Source of the DNA: Octopus bimaculoides
Lineage: Eukaryota
Assembly: GCF_001194135.2 (NCBI RefSeq)
Contig: NC_068988.1
Span: forward strand, 74,204,738-74,261,699
Direction of reading: 5' to 3'
Length of the DNA stretch: 56,962 nucleotides
The position numbers were made by a program, and so were the translations under genes. The notes under the pieces were generated by a model. The model worked only from the letters and a program-made list of their open reading frames with translations. It was not told where the DNA came from and searched no databases. Below are positions 1-11,329 of the stretch, in pieces. Numbering within the stretch: position 1 is the stretch's first letter; the number at the start of each line of letters is the position of its first letter.

Positions 1-235
1 ATATAGCATCATACAACGTGGAAGACAATTGGAGATTTCTGCGGGACAACCTGTTGAAAGCCACCGACCAGATCTGTGGCTGGTGTAAAGTCCCCTCTCG
101 ACCCAGAGTAACGTGGTGGTGGAACAAGGATGTAGACGGAGCTATTAGACAAAAGAAACAGGCTTGGAAGGACTGGAAGAACGGTGGTAGCAGGGAATTG
201 TACCAATGTGCCAGAAGGGAGGCAGGTAGGAAGGT
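1..235 (+). mobile_element. RTE-clade LINE ORF fragment
   Basis: Translation RDNLLKATDQICGWCK...TWWWNKDVDGAIRQKKQAWKDWK matches the 'WWN' linker between endonuclease and RT of RTE LINEs; it is cut by the window edge and by a microsatellite. Confidence 0.75.
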
Positions 236-370
236 AGGTAGATAGGTAGGTAGGTAAGCAGGCAGGCAGGCAGGCAGGCAGGTAGGTAGGTAGCGAGGTA
301 GCTAGGTAACCAGGTAGGTAGTTAGGCAGGCAGGCAGGCAGGCAGGTAGGTAGGTAGGTAGGAAGGTAGG
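228..370. repeat. Compound (GTAG)n/(GCAG)n microsatellite
   Basis: Directly visible tetranucleotide arrays. Confidence 0.95.
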
Positions 371-1035
371 CACACATATAAACAATATATACATGCACAG
401 TGCTTCTAGAAGTCAGATCAGCTGCAATGGGTGGGTCTTCTTGAGTTTCTTGTATCACCAGAGATTCTGGTCCTTTGTCATTTCTATTATGCGACTCAAA
501 ATCCTGCTTTCATCATATCACCCTGGGTATTACTTGTCCACAAGTCACAGCCACATTTAATGATCAGCATTTCTTTATATAACTGTCTTGATCCATACTC
601 ATCACATGTTTGTAACTGCACAATCTTATTTCTTGCACATTATATCTGATTCTTCTTTTTTCTCTCAGCACATTTATACTATGTCGTTCTTTCAGCTTCC
701 ATCTACCAAACACCTCTCAAAAGCCCATGGCTATATTAGTAAATAGTGCCTAAGATGCCATGCAATGGAACATAATTTGAGCCATGGTTTTGCGATTGTG
801 AGTGTCATACCCTAACCAACAGGCCACATACCTTCACATGCACACATGTATGTATATATTTGTGTGTGTGTATGTATGCAGATGTACCGATATTTGTATG
901 TATATGTGTGTGTGGGGGGGGGGCTATCTGTTGTGTAACTGTAGTGTAAATATTGTAGTGTTTGGTAAGGTGTTTGTGTGTGTTACAGCATTCAATTAAT
1001 GCAATGGGACTGAAACATTATTTCATTGTTTATAG

Positions 1036-1211
1036 ATTTGCTCTCACCTCAGCTTGAACAACGAAGACAGACTATCTGCTGTTGCTGTAGCTTGTTATTT
1101 AGCAGAGCAAGGAGCAAATTTTCATCACAAAAACAAAAAAAATAGGACCCCTCTTGACATCATTGATGATTCGAATTTAAAAGAGAAACTCAACAGATTT
1201 GTGTCCACTCG
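1036..1211 (+). CDS. MIB2-like protein, internal exon (end of ankyrin-repeat region)
   Basis: Acceptor tttatag| and donor |gtacgt. Reads ICSHLSLNNEDRLSAVAVACYLAEQGANFHHKNKKNRTPLDIIDDSNLKEKLNRFVST(R), resembling the MIB2 'AAVACFLALEGADVSYTNHRGRSPLDL' segment. Ends in phase 2, matching the next exon. Upstream exons lie outside the window. Confidence 0.85.
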
Positions 1212-1294
1212 GTACGTATTCACTAAACATTAGGGCATAACCCAGCAAATTGTTTTGTATTTCGTATTGTGTGCATAATTACGTTTAAGGGAAT

Positions 1295-2610
1295 TAATGA
1301 AGCAATGGCAGTGTTTATTTTAGACACTACAGTGTAATCATGGGAAAATAAAGTTTAATTAGTTTTAATAAGTTTTTATTGATTTACACATTAAGCAACA
1401 CCAGTGTGTTCAAGACAGTGTACTCTTGAACATATAAAGTACAATTAGTTTTAATAAGTTTACACATGAAGCATTAAGAGTATTTGCTTAAGACACTACA
1501 GTGTACACTTTTACAAATGAATTTTAATTAATTCTAATTAGTTTACTCATAGAGCATTCTTGTTTTGGATACTACAGTATACTTTTGGACAGATAAAGTT
1601 TAATTAGTATTAATAAGTTTATGCATAGAGCAATAACGGTATTTGTTTCAACATTTATAGTGTAATTTTTGTTAGAAAAAGTTTAAATAATTTTATTTAA
1701 TTTACATATGAAGCAATAGTAGCATTTGTTTTGGACACTACTGAGAACTCTTGAGCAGATAATTATAATTAGGTTTAATTCAATAGAATTAGGTTATGAA
1801 AGTAGAAATAGCAATGTTTGTTGTATGTAGCAATAATGATGTTTGTTTTTAGACACTGTTGTGCACTCATTTTAATTAGTTTTCACTTATAACAATGGCA
1901 ATATTTTTTTAGACACTATTGTTTGATAACTGTCAGATAAAATTTGTTTTAATTAGTTTTTATTAGTTTATACATCTGTCAATAATAACTCTTGAAGAGA
2001 TAAAGTTTAAATAATTTTAGTTACTTTTAATTAGTTTACACATAGAATAATAGCAGTGTTTGGTTTAGATACTAACAATATAATCTTGACAGATAAGGTT
2101 TACTTAGTTTTAATTAGTTTAACTATGAAACAGTAGCAGTGCATGTTCTTGACACTACTCTGTACATTTAAACAAATAAAGTCTAATTAGTTTTATAGTG
2201 ATTGTTTTAGACATTATATTGTACCTTTGGATAAATAAAGTTTAATTAGTTTTCATTAGTTTACAATTGTAGCAATATGAATCTTTGCCTTTGACACTAC
2301 AGTGTACTCTTGGTTAGGCATAGTTTAATTAGTTTAATTAGTTTAAACATGTAGCAGTGTTTGTTTTAGACACTATTGTGCACTCTTTGACAGACAATGT
2401 TTAATTAGTTTAATTAGTTTACACATGAATCATCAGCAAATTTCTTTTTAGTCACTACTGTGTATTTTTGAACAGATAAAGTTCATTTAATTTTAATTAG
2501 TTTAATTAGTTTACTCATGAAGTAATAACTGTTTGTTTTTGACACTACTCTGTACTCAAAGAGATAAAATGTAATTAGTTTTACTCAGTTTACACCTGAA
2601 GTGACAGTTT
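1295..2610. repeat. Diverged AT-rich intronic minisatellite, ~75-85 bp unit, roughly 15 copies
   Basis: Recurrent AGACACTACAGTGTA...AGATAAAGTTTAATTAGTTTTAAT...TTTACACATGAAGCA. Confidence 0.85.
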
Positions 2611-2852
2611 AAATCTCTTTAGAATTACCCGCTTGTACACTTTACCATAAATAACAAAATTAGACACTTTGTACTACTGTATAATTTAACATAATACATA
2701 CTATTTCCCATAATTAACATTATTTATTTTTACTTCTATCAATGCTGTTGCTGCAAATAACCCTTAAACTAACTCCTACATCTTTACTATAACAACATCA
2801 CATAGTTTAGTGATGTTTTCTTTATTATAGCAACATCAATGGAATTAGTTAT

Positions 2853-3575
2853 TGATCTTTTCTGTTTGGCTGCACCTATGGAAATTTCAAAGTTTTGTGA
2901 AAATTTTGAAATTTGATGTACTTATTTAATTTTCCATGCTGAATCTTGGGAGTTAATTCACTTTTTCCAGAAATTAAAAAAAAAAAAGTTACAGAGGTTT
3001 AAAGTTCGATCATTTTTACCCTGTTAGAAAACAGGATTTGGAAGCTGTTATTTTGTGCTTGACAGTATGTGTTGTCAACTGTAAACAAATGAAACATTGG
3101 CGGAATTCTGCTTCATGCATACCATATAATCACTCATAACTTTTATTTTTTGGAATTTTCAGAAAATTTTTGCAAATTTGTAGTCTAATCAAGGAAATTC
3201 ATACAATTATGCAAAACCAAATAGAAATTTTGTGCATGATTTAAGGCTTTTTTAGCTGTTATTTTTAGCATATCTCACACTGCATGTATTTTAAGCATTT
3301 AATAAGTGACAAAAAGAATGCATTGTAAGCAGCTCAGTGACAGTTTGGTTTGTTACTATGGAAACAAGCACCTATATGTCTGGCTTTCGAATTGGCTAAA
3401 ATAACCCAAAATTTGCCAATTTTAAAAGCTATTAACTCTTTAATTAATGATTTATGGAGAAATTGAATTTCATGTCAATGATTACTTTACAAAACTACAC
3501 CAACATGCCAAGCATTCATATTTGGAACAAAAAAAAAAAAGAAATTGAAAAGTGGCAGCCAAACAGAAAAGATCC
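2853..3575. mobile_element. Non-autonomous DNA transposon (MITE-like) with 20-bp TIRs and 8-bp TSD
   Basis: GATCTTTTCTGTTTGGCTGC (2854-2873) is the exact reverse complement of 3555-3574. TTAGTTAT flanks both ends (2845-2852 and 3576-3583). Confidence 0.8.
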
Positions 3576-3589
3576 TTAGTTATATTTTT

Positions 3590-3745
3590 CTTCCCTATAA
3601 CAACAGCAGTAGGATTAGTTATGCCGTCTTCACTTTAACATCACAGGGATTAGTTATATCTTCTTCAAGGTAACAATAGCAGTGGGATTAATTATATCTT
3701 CTTTACAATAACAGCATCACAGGGATTAGCTAAGCCTTTTTTTTT
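3590..3745. repeat. Short minisatellite (GGGATTAGTTATATCTTC core, ~35-40 bp unit)
   Basis: About 4 diverged units. A further unit lies left of the MITE (~2830-2852), so the MITE split this array. Confidence 0.7.
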
Positions 3746-3881
3746 ACTGTAACATCAATGGATTCCTCCTTAAATGTTACTTAATAATGTTTTTACAAAA
3801 GATGTTTAATGTGAATATTATAATAATATTGTCTGTAATCTGCTTGATACTTGTAATGTTTTTGGTATTTTTATTTGATAG

Positions 3882-4030
3882 TCTGCAATGTTTATTGTGC
3901 AAAGATAACCAGGCCACTGTAAAATTCTATCCGTGCAAACATACAGTAACATGTTCGAATTGCTATTCCAAAAACAGGCTTAAAAATTGTATCCAGTGCC
4001 AACATCCTATAACCAGCAAGAGTGGATTTG
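3882..4030 (+). CDS. MIB2-like protein, RING-finger exon
   Basis: Acceptor tttgatag| and donor |gtgaga; phase 2 in, phase 1 out. LQCLLCKDNQATVKFYPCKHTVTCSNCYSKNRLKNCIQCQHPITSKSGF is C-x2-C-x11-C-x-H-x3-C-x2-C-x8-C-x2-C, a C3HC4 RING of MIB/IAP type. Confidence 0.9.
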
Positions 4031-4640
4031 GTGAGAAATTCTTAGATAATCTGTCTGTTTGTCTCATCGATTTGTGCTGTGGCTACGTATTTTTATGTTG
4101 TTATTGTTGTTGTTTAACCCCAGCTCAATTCTGACTTAGCAGTCTTATGATAAAAAGTGTTCCAGGTGTGAGTACCTTGTCTTTTCTCACTATCTATCAC
4201 TACATCCATTACACATTGTCTTCATCCAAATAGAAGACTTGCGTCACTTGAAGAGAGTACTGTCTGCAAGATAAGACTAATAAGCAACATTGTACGATAA
4301 GTGGTGGCTACAGGAATATCAATAAATCGCCAGTTCTGACAGTAAACATCTATTTTTAACACTCAACTGTGAGGCATTAGAGATGGATAATGACTTAACA
4401 ATATTTTGGGAATCTGATACTTAAAGTCAAAGGAAATTACTATTTTACCAAAGTTTCAGCTTTGGTAAAACAGGAGATTAAATCACAAAATTTCAACTGT
4501 TAATTTAAGGACCAACATTAGAGACTAAATGTTAACTCAGTTGTGAATGTTTGTGATCATTAAAAGGTGATATGGATAATTGAAATTGACTGTGTGTCTG
4601 TGAATATTGGCAATTAATTAAAAGTGACATGGATGATTAC

Positions 4641-5187
4641 TGTATAGTGGCTATCGTTGGCTGTTCAAGTGCGTTACTAAATGGAAAAACAGTTAGTATT
4701 AATCACCGTAGGACATTTTTGTGTATAAATATATTGTTTATTCTGTGTTCACCTTTTGTGGTGGAAGCATGTAGTGTGTTTCAAAAACATGTGCGTTTAC
4801 ATACAAAGAAAGTTTTGATTTTTGCTTTTGCACTGAAAGAAGTAACATATGTGTAATGAGAACAGTCATTTTGAGAATGTGTGTGTGATAAAATATCATT
4901 GTTTACAAATTGTATATCTTGTGTCGAGGTGAATAGACATGTGAGTCACACATGGGGAAACTTGCACGTGGAGCTACAGAGAAGATATGTGTCTTTGAGT
5001 GAAACCTGGCAGGAACTGGTAGCCGTGTAGCTCAGAATGAAGCTAGTGTCTCAGAACGAGGCTAGTGTATCAAAGCGAGGCTAGTGTATCAAAGCGAGGC
5101 TAGTGTATCAAAGCAAGGCTCATCGATATATTCATCTGCTGTGCAGGTTGACTCACATGTTACTATGTAATATGTAGCTCTGCTGCA
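4641..5187 (-). repeat. Probable 3' LTR of the Gypsy element
   Basis: A polypurine tract AGCAGGAGGC (- strand, 5190-5199) precedes TG at 5187. It ends in ...CCACTATACA at 4641, where the flanking minisatellite resumes. AATAAA on the - strand near 4740; internal 19-bp tandem repeat at 5039-5120. No partner LTR is present. Confidence 0.65.
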
Positions 5188-5898
5188 TAGCCTCCTGCTA
5201 GACTTAAAAGAGTCGAAAAAAAATAGAGATGGCATATGTAAATATGCAGTGCAAAAAGCAGGTAAGAACATGGAATACAAACATAAGGATGCAATACAAT
5301 AGAAAATGAGTAACTGAAATGAAAAGACAAAGCATGGTTAGAGTAAATAGAATATGAACGCAAAGAAATAAGCAAAATTTTCAAGTCGATTAGGTAAAGT
5401 TCGAAGGAATACTGTGAAGAACAAAACTGTGACATTGGTGATATGTCTTGAAAAGTTTTTGCTAAGTTCACAAATAGTTCATCATAGTTCAAATGTATAT
5501 AGATAGCTTGGTAGGCCAATTTACACGGTGACCACTATGAGTAGTAATGATGTATGTAGATGGAGGAGGGATTGGTGTGTGTGATGGTGTTGGTAGTGGT
5601 TGCAGTGGAGTGGCATTTGTTTTATGTCGTACTGTGAATGTGGGAGGTTATGAGGTGGTATTGTGTATGCCCGCTTAAGCCTGTCTATTGAGACAGTTTC
5701 CTTTTTACCATTAATGTCTATAGTATATAGTTTGTCTGTGTGCGACAGGATGCGATAGGGTCCCATGTATGGAGGTGTGAGAGGGGTTTTCCCAGCGTCT
5801 TTTCATAGAAACACATAGGTCCAAGAATCAATGTCTTTTGGAATTGATGATTTAGTGGTTTGGTGTTGTGTTGACTGTGGAGTGTGCGTACGAGTAGA

Positions 5899-6147
5899 TG
5901 TAATCGCCTTACCTCGGTTTTCCTTTCGTCGACTGCAAGTCTGTCATGCAGTATCCAATCCTTGAAGCTTGCCCCGACCCAAGGTACACCAGGAATAGCA
6001 GCTGCCTCTCCCAAACCTAGACCGTCGCTCAACACGTCTTGTCCTGACCACAACCCCGTTCGAAAAAGGGCACGAATCCCGATCGAGGCTCCCTCTGCCC
6101 TTTTTCCCCTTCCGGTCAGCCTCCCCAGACACTGACGTCATACCACA
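5899..6147 (-). mobile_element. 249-bp solo LTR nested in the Gypsy integrase
   Basis: TG...CA termini with near-identical 4-bp flanks (TAGA/TTGA). Excising it plus one flank restores the frame QELPPMS-TRTHTPQSTQHQTTKSSIPKDIDSWTYVF. Orientation is inferred from similarity to the LTR at 56442. Confidence 0.8.
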
Positions 6148-8659
6148 TTGACATGGGTGGCAGTTCTTGCATGTATTTGCAAAGTCTGTGTATGTACATA
6201 GTGGGGTCTTGTCTGGACAGATCCACTGGGGCCAACATCTTACCTGGCAATGAAAGAGGTGTGCCATAAATAAGTTCTGCTGGGGAATAACTGAGATCCT
6301 CCTTTATTGAGGCTCGACAGCCAAGAAAGACTATTGGAAGATATTCGCTCCAACGCTGCTGATCTGAGTAAGCATGCAAAGCAGCTTTCATATGACGGTG
6401 GGATCGTTCCACCATACCGTTGGACTGTGGATGGTAACTGGTGGTTCGAATCCAATGTGTGCCTATGGTCTTCATGAGCTCATGGAAGAGTTGTGATTCA
6501 AACTATTTTCCATGGTCAGTAGTGATGGTGGTAGAAACTCCGTACCATGATATCCATCCTGTGAGAAAAGCTTTGGCAACAAATTCTGCAGTGATATCTG
6601 CTAAAGGAATAGCATCTGGCCAATGTGTGAAACAATCAATGCAGGTGAGCAGGTAGGTATATCCCTGGATGACTGGCCAAGGTCCAACAAGGTCGATGTG
6701 TACATGGTTGAAATGCACATCTGGTGTGTTGAATGTGCCAAGGGGTGCACGGACGTGCCTATGCACCTATGACAGAAAAGGCAGGAGCGTGATCAAGCAG
6801 TGATGTCTCATCTCATATTTGGCCAAAAGAATCTAGCCGAAATGAGTTTCACTGTGGCGGTGACACCAGAGTCTGACAGGTTATGGTGTGTGCTGAGGCT
6901 GTCTGTGGGTCTCTGGAATGAAAGGACAAGAAGAATTCTTGGAAGTATTGCACAAAATCTGTGCATCAGATGTGGATTCTAGGAAGTACTTGAAGTTGCA
7001 TGTGGCAAAGGCAGGTGAGGACATATCAATTGTCTCTAAGCGAGGTTGATCTTTAGCCAGGAGATGCAGGTCGATGCCTGTGGGTGACGACAGCAAATTC
7101 AGTGGTTGGCATGATAAGGCATCTGCTGCAGTTTTATCTACACCAGAGATATGGCGAATGTCAGCGGTAAATTGGGAAATGAAATCCAAATGTCTGGTTA
7201 CCCACAGAGAGTACTTGTCAGGCTTCGAGCGCAGGGCAAAGGTGAGTGGACAGTGGTTGGTAAAAATTGTGAATTGGTGTCTCTTGAGTGTGTGCTGGAA
7301 ATGTTTGACTGCTAAATACATAGCTAACAGCTCCTGTATGAAAGTGCTGTAGCAAGTTTCAGCTGGTTTAAGCTGCCGAGAGAAAAAGGCAAGAGGCTGG
7401 AGTTGTTGCTGGTGAAATTGTTGTAACACTGCGCCTATAGCAGTGTTGGATGTATCCACTACAAGGGATATCTGAGCATCTGCGACAGGGTGGGCAAGAA
7501 GTGATGCCTGAGCGAGTTGCTGCTTTGCTGTGTTGAAGGAGTCAAGTTGGGTGGAGTCCAATGCTATTGGCTCATCCCTCTTTTTCCTATTCTGAAGAAG
7601 CATGTTTAGCGGATATAGGATTTCAGCTGAATGAGGAACAAAGTGCCAATAGAAGTTGAATAGTCCCAAGAAATGTCGATCTGACATAACAAGGTGGGTG
7701 GAGGCAACTCCTGCAATGCCTTCACCTTGTCAGGCAGTGGTGATATGCCTTTGGGGCTGATGACATGACCTAGGAAGGTCAAAGAAGATACACCGCAAAC
7801 ACATTTGGTAGGGTTGATCCACACTTGGTAAGTCTTGAACCACTCAAACAGCTGACAACCATGATGGAGATGTTCCTCGGGTGAAGTGCTAGCTATCAAG
7901 ATGTTGTCAATGTATGCATAGATGAAGTCTAAGTCTCGGACGACTTCATCTATGAACCTTTGAAATGTGCTGGCTGAATTCCATAAACAAAATGACATAG
8001 TTAGGAATTTGAAGGCACCTAAAGGTGTGGTTATGGCAGTCTTCAGAATATCCTCTGGATTCCCAGGAATCTGATGGTATGCCTTAACCAAGTCCAGTTT
8101 GGTGACTACTCTGCAGTTGTGGAGAGATGGTGCAAAATCCTGGATGTTGGGTATTGGGTACCAGTCTGGCTCCGTGATGGAGTTTAATCTCCTGTAGTCA
8201 CCAGTGGGCTGCCAGTCCCCAGAATGCTTTGGAACCATGTGCAAAGGGCTATTAGAGGGGCGCCTTGGCTGCCTTTAGTTTCTCTGAGGAGAGACGGCAA
8301 GGGGGAGAAAAAAACCGAGCACCTTTAGTTTCGATGAAATGGGTGGTGGTGTGAGTTGGAGCAGCAGTAAAAAAATTTCGGTTAGTCAGCTCCAGATATG
8401 AGTTTAAGAGTGCATGGTATGGGTCGTCCATAGTAGTGATGAAAAATACTGGATTAACTGTAGGGGTTAGTGGCCTTTTAACTGGGATAGAAAGTTCTGT
8501 GGTCGCGTCTCATAAGTGCTGAGTATGCATGTCCACAAGTAGGTGGAAGTGGTGCAAAAAGTTTCCACCTAATATTGGGTAAGGGAGATCTGCGACTGTA
8601 AAAATCTACTTGAAGTCATGTCACAGATCTAAATCTAAATCTCTGCTACAACTGCTTTA

Positions 8660-8990
8660 GGTATGGTTGTGAAAGTTGATAATTGGTAAAAATTGATATA
8701 GTTAAGGTGTGGCTGTGAATTGGTAAAAGGTGGAGTAGATAATTACAGCTTTATGTGTGGCTATGAATAATGGTAACTGGTAAAAGGTGGCTGACATGAT
8801 TACCATTTTGAGTGTGACTGAATGTTTGTAATTGGTAAAATATATCATGGATAATTGAATTAGGGGTTTGGATGTGGATGTGAATAATAGTAATAGGTAA
8901 AAAATGACATGGACAATTACGATATTGCTAATGAAGATTTCAAATGGTTACAAATTGGTATGAAATGTTTATAATTGAGATTTGCATCCT
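8660..8990. repeat. Diverged minisatellite (AATTGGTAAAA...GACATGGATAATT); also present at ~4530-4640
   Basis: The same motif occurs on both sides of the Gypsy remnant, suggesting the Gypsy inserted into this array. Confidence 0.65.
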
Positions 8991-9034
8991 GAATGTCTCA
9001 TTTCAAGATAGTGTCTCCAATATTATATAAAAAG

Positions 9035-9425
9035 AAGAAAAGGGAATATTCTTTATTCTTTTACTTGTTTCAGTCATTTGACTGCAGCCATGCTGGAGCA
9101 CTGCCTTAAAGGGGTTTAGCTGAAAAAATCAATCCCAGGACTTATTCTTTGTAAGCCTAGTACTTATTCTATCGGTCTCTTTTGCCGAACACTAAGTTAC
9201 AGGAACATAAATACATCAGCATCAGTTGCCAAGCGGTGGCGAGGAAACAAGCACAGATACACGCACACACATAAATACATACATATATACAATGGGCTTC
9301 TTTCAGTTTCCACCTAGCAAATCCACTCACAAGGCTTTGGTTGGCCTTGCCCAAGGTGCCATGCAGTGGGACTGAACCTGGAACCATGTGATTGGGAAGC
9401 AAGCTTCTTCTACACAGCCATCCCT
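9035..9425 (-). mobile_element. tRNA-derived SINE (abundant family, several copies in the window)
   Basis: Shared body (CAGTCATTTGACTGCAGCCATGCTGGAGCAC...; GGGACTGAACC B-box-like head) is also seen at 11330-11538/12975-13143, 20958-21380 and 38022-38236. Confidence 0.8.
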
Positions 9426-9439
9426 TCAGGTAGATGGCC

Positions 9440-10590
9440 CTGCTCAATCCATAGAAAAGGCATAGGAAGAAACTCCATAAGACATACCTGGCGTAAGCTA
9501 TGAATATATAAGAGGTGCAGCAACATCAGGGGAAGGTTAACAGGGAAAATAGCTTTTGTGTGTGGAAGGTGCACAAGTACAATAAACACTAAAAATGTTC
9601 AGAAAATAGACTCCCTCCAATACCAAGGGAGAAATCTAGAAGCAGTTGATAACTTCCATTAACTAGGTAACAAAGACAGTTGTGGGGGTAGATGCTCCAA
9701 GAGCATAGCTGTGAGAATAAGAATAGGCTGGGCAAAGTTCAGAGTGTTCCTACCTCTGTTGGTAACAAAAGATCTCTCCTCAGAAGGAAAGACAGACTGT
9801 ATGATGCCTGTGTGTGAACAACCATGCTACACAGCAATAAAACATGGGCTGTGACCACTGAGGACATGCATAGGCTTGAAAGAAATTAAGCTAGTATGCT
9901 TTGCTGGATGTGCAATGTCAGTGTGCATGTATGACAGAGTGGCAAGCATCTTGAGAGAAAAGATGGGCACAAGAGGGATCATATGTGGTGTGCAAGAGAG
10001 ATGATTGTGCTGGTATGGGCATGTGAAGCATATGGACAAGGACAGCTGTGTGAAAAAGTACTGATCTCTAGCTGTGGAGGAACCTGTGGAAGAGGTAGAC
10101 CCAGGAAGACATGGGATGAGGTGGTGAAGCATGATCTTCAAATGCTTGGCGTCACAGAGGGAACTTTGGTGATATGTCATGCTTGAGAAAACCCATCAAG
10201 CCAAGTGAAATCATAGTCATGGCCGATGCCAGTGTCACATAACAGGCACCCATGCCAGTGGCACATAAAAAGCACTCTTTGAACGTTAGGTTTCATGGAG
10301 GCAATGATAAATGACCAAGACCTTTAGCAATATGCTATGCTTGAGAAGACTCACCAAACCAAGTGAAATCATAGTTGTGGCCAATGCTGGTGTCACATAA
10401 CTGGCACCCATGATGGTGTCACATAAAAAGCACCCATTGCACTCTTGCAGTGGTTGGCATTACGAGGGCGTCTAGCTGTAGAAACCATGTCAAATCAGAT
10501 TGAAACCTGGTGCAGCTCACTACCTTACTAGTTTAAGTCAAACCTTCTAACCCATGCCAGCATGGAAAGCAAACACTAAATGAGGATGGT
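9440..10590 (+). mobile_element. RTE LINE 3' fragment with 3' UTR
   Basis: Degenerate RT C-terminus (GWAKFRVFLPLL; ...GRGRPRKTWDEVVKHDLQML) followed by the UTR also seen at 46613-46785 and 54430-54790. Confidence 0.8.
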
Positions 10591-10599
10591 CACAAAATG

Positions 10600-11300
10600 A
10601 TGTTGATCACAAAATCATCAACAGGCATAATGTGAAATTAGCATATACGGCTTCTCACAATCTAGAATACTATGTACACAAATTAAATAACATAAAATTC
10701 AATAGGATAAAACTAGAGGGGGTTTACAGAAAAATCACAGATCATAACAAAATAAACAAAATGGAATGGTTGTAAATAGAAATTATAAAAGGTCATCCAA
10801 AATAAAAACAGGTTCAAACAGCACCATACAATTTGCCGTGCAATCCATACCTGAGGAAAATGAGAACACTGTTATAGGAGGTAGAACAAATGTGACCACC
10901 AGTAATAACTCCACTTACAGAACTGGAAAAAATATAACGTGTAACTTCAAATGGTAAAATAAATGCAAGTTTAACAACAACTGCCTCATAAAGAATGTGG
11001 TTTACAAATGTTAAGTGAAGATGGATACACAAAAATACGTGTACATTGGTGACACCAGAGACACCATAAAAAAATCGTCATTTTTCAATGTAAACAAAAG
11101 GTACTCTACATCATCGTCTAACCTCATATGGGGACTCAAGCACAATGGAGTGGAGCATACAACCAACTGGTCTACAATAAAAAATGCTACACCATACAAT
11201 AGAACATTGTTGGTGTGCAACTTATGGCTAGAGAAAATCCTGGAGATCATCACATCAGAGAAAACATAATTAATAGATACTAGCAGAGATACCCAGCCTT
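10600..11300 (+). mobile_element. Penelope-like element remnant (GIY-YIG endonuclease)
   Basis: CLIKNVVYKC...KYVYIGDT...NWSTIKNATPYN...CNLWLEK is a Penelope-type GIY-YIG domain, with stops. Confidence 0.75.
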
Positions 11301-11329
11301 GCTTGGGATTAAAATGGCATAGATTTTTA

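Larger units (their letters stand above)
4641..8625 (-). mobile_element. 5'-truncated Ty3/Gypsy LTR retrotransposon (protease tail, RT, RNase H, integrase, 3' LTR), pseudogenised
   Basis: On the - strand: protease tail VADLPYPILGGNFLHHFHLLVDM (~8520-8610); RT with [16 protein letters not shown] and YAYIDNILI (7606-8244); RNase H VDTSNTAIGAVLQQ (6881-7687); integrase HVHIDLVGP and TTSYHPQSNGMVER (6116-6766); GPY/F-type tail PPYMGPYRIL...VSIDRLK. Order is PR-RT-RH-IN, with frameshifts and stops. Confidence 0.95.

Noticed and set aside
9-458. 149-aa - strand ORF and similar low-complexity ORFs (e.g. 13090-13420, 27736-28106, 40330-40599, 45249-45628)
   Set aside because: They are translations of microsatellites (LPTY/LPAC, CVCV, YIYI) with no coding signal.
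3787-4134. Stand-alone 115-aa 'TM + RING' protein
   Set aside because: The hydrophobic N-terminus is an intronic polypyrimidine/AT tract; the true exon is 3882-4030, with splice sites in phase with its neighbours.
5039-5120. CRISPR-like 19-bp repeats (GAGGCTAGTGTATCAAAGC)
   Set aside because: Head-to-tail tandem units with no spacers, inside an LTR in eukaryotic DNA.
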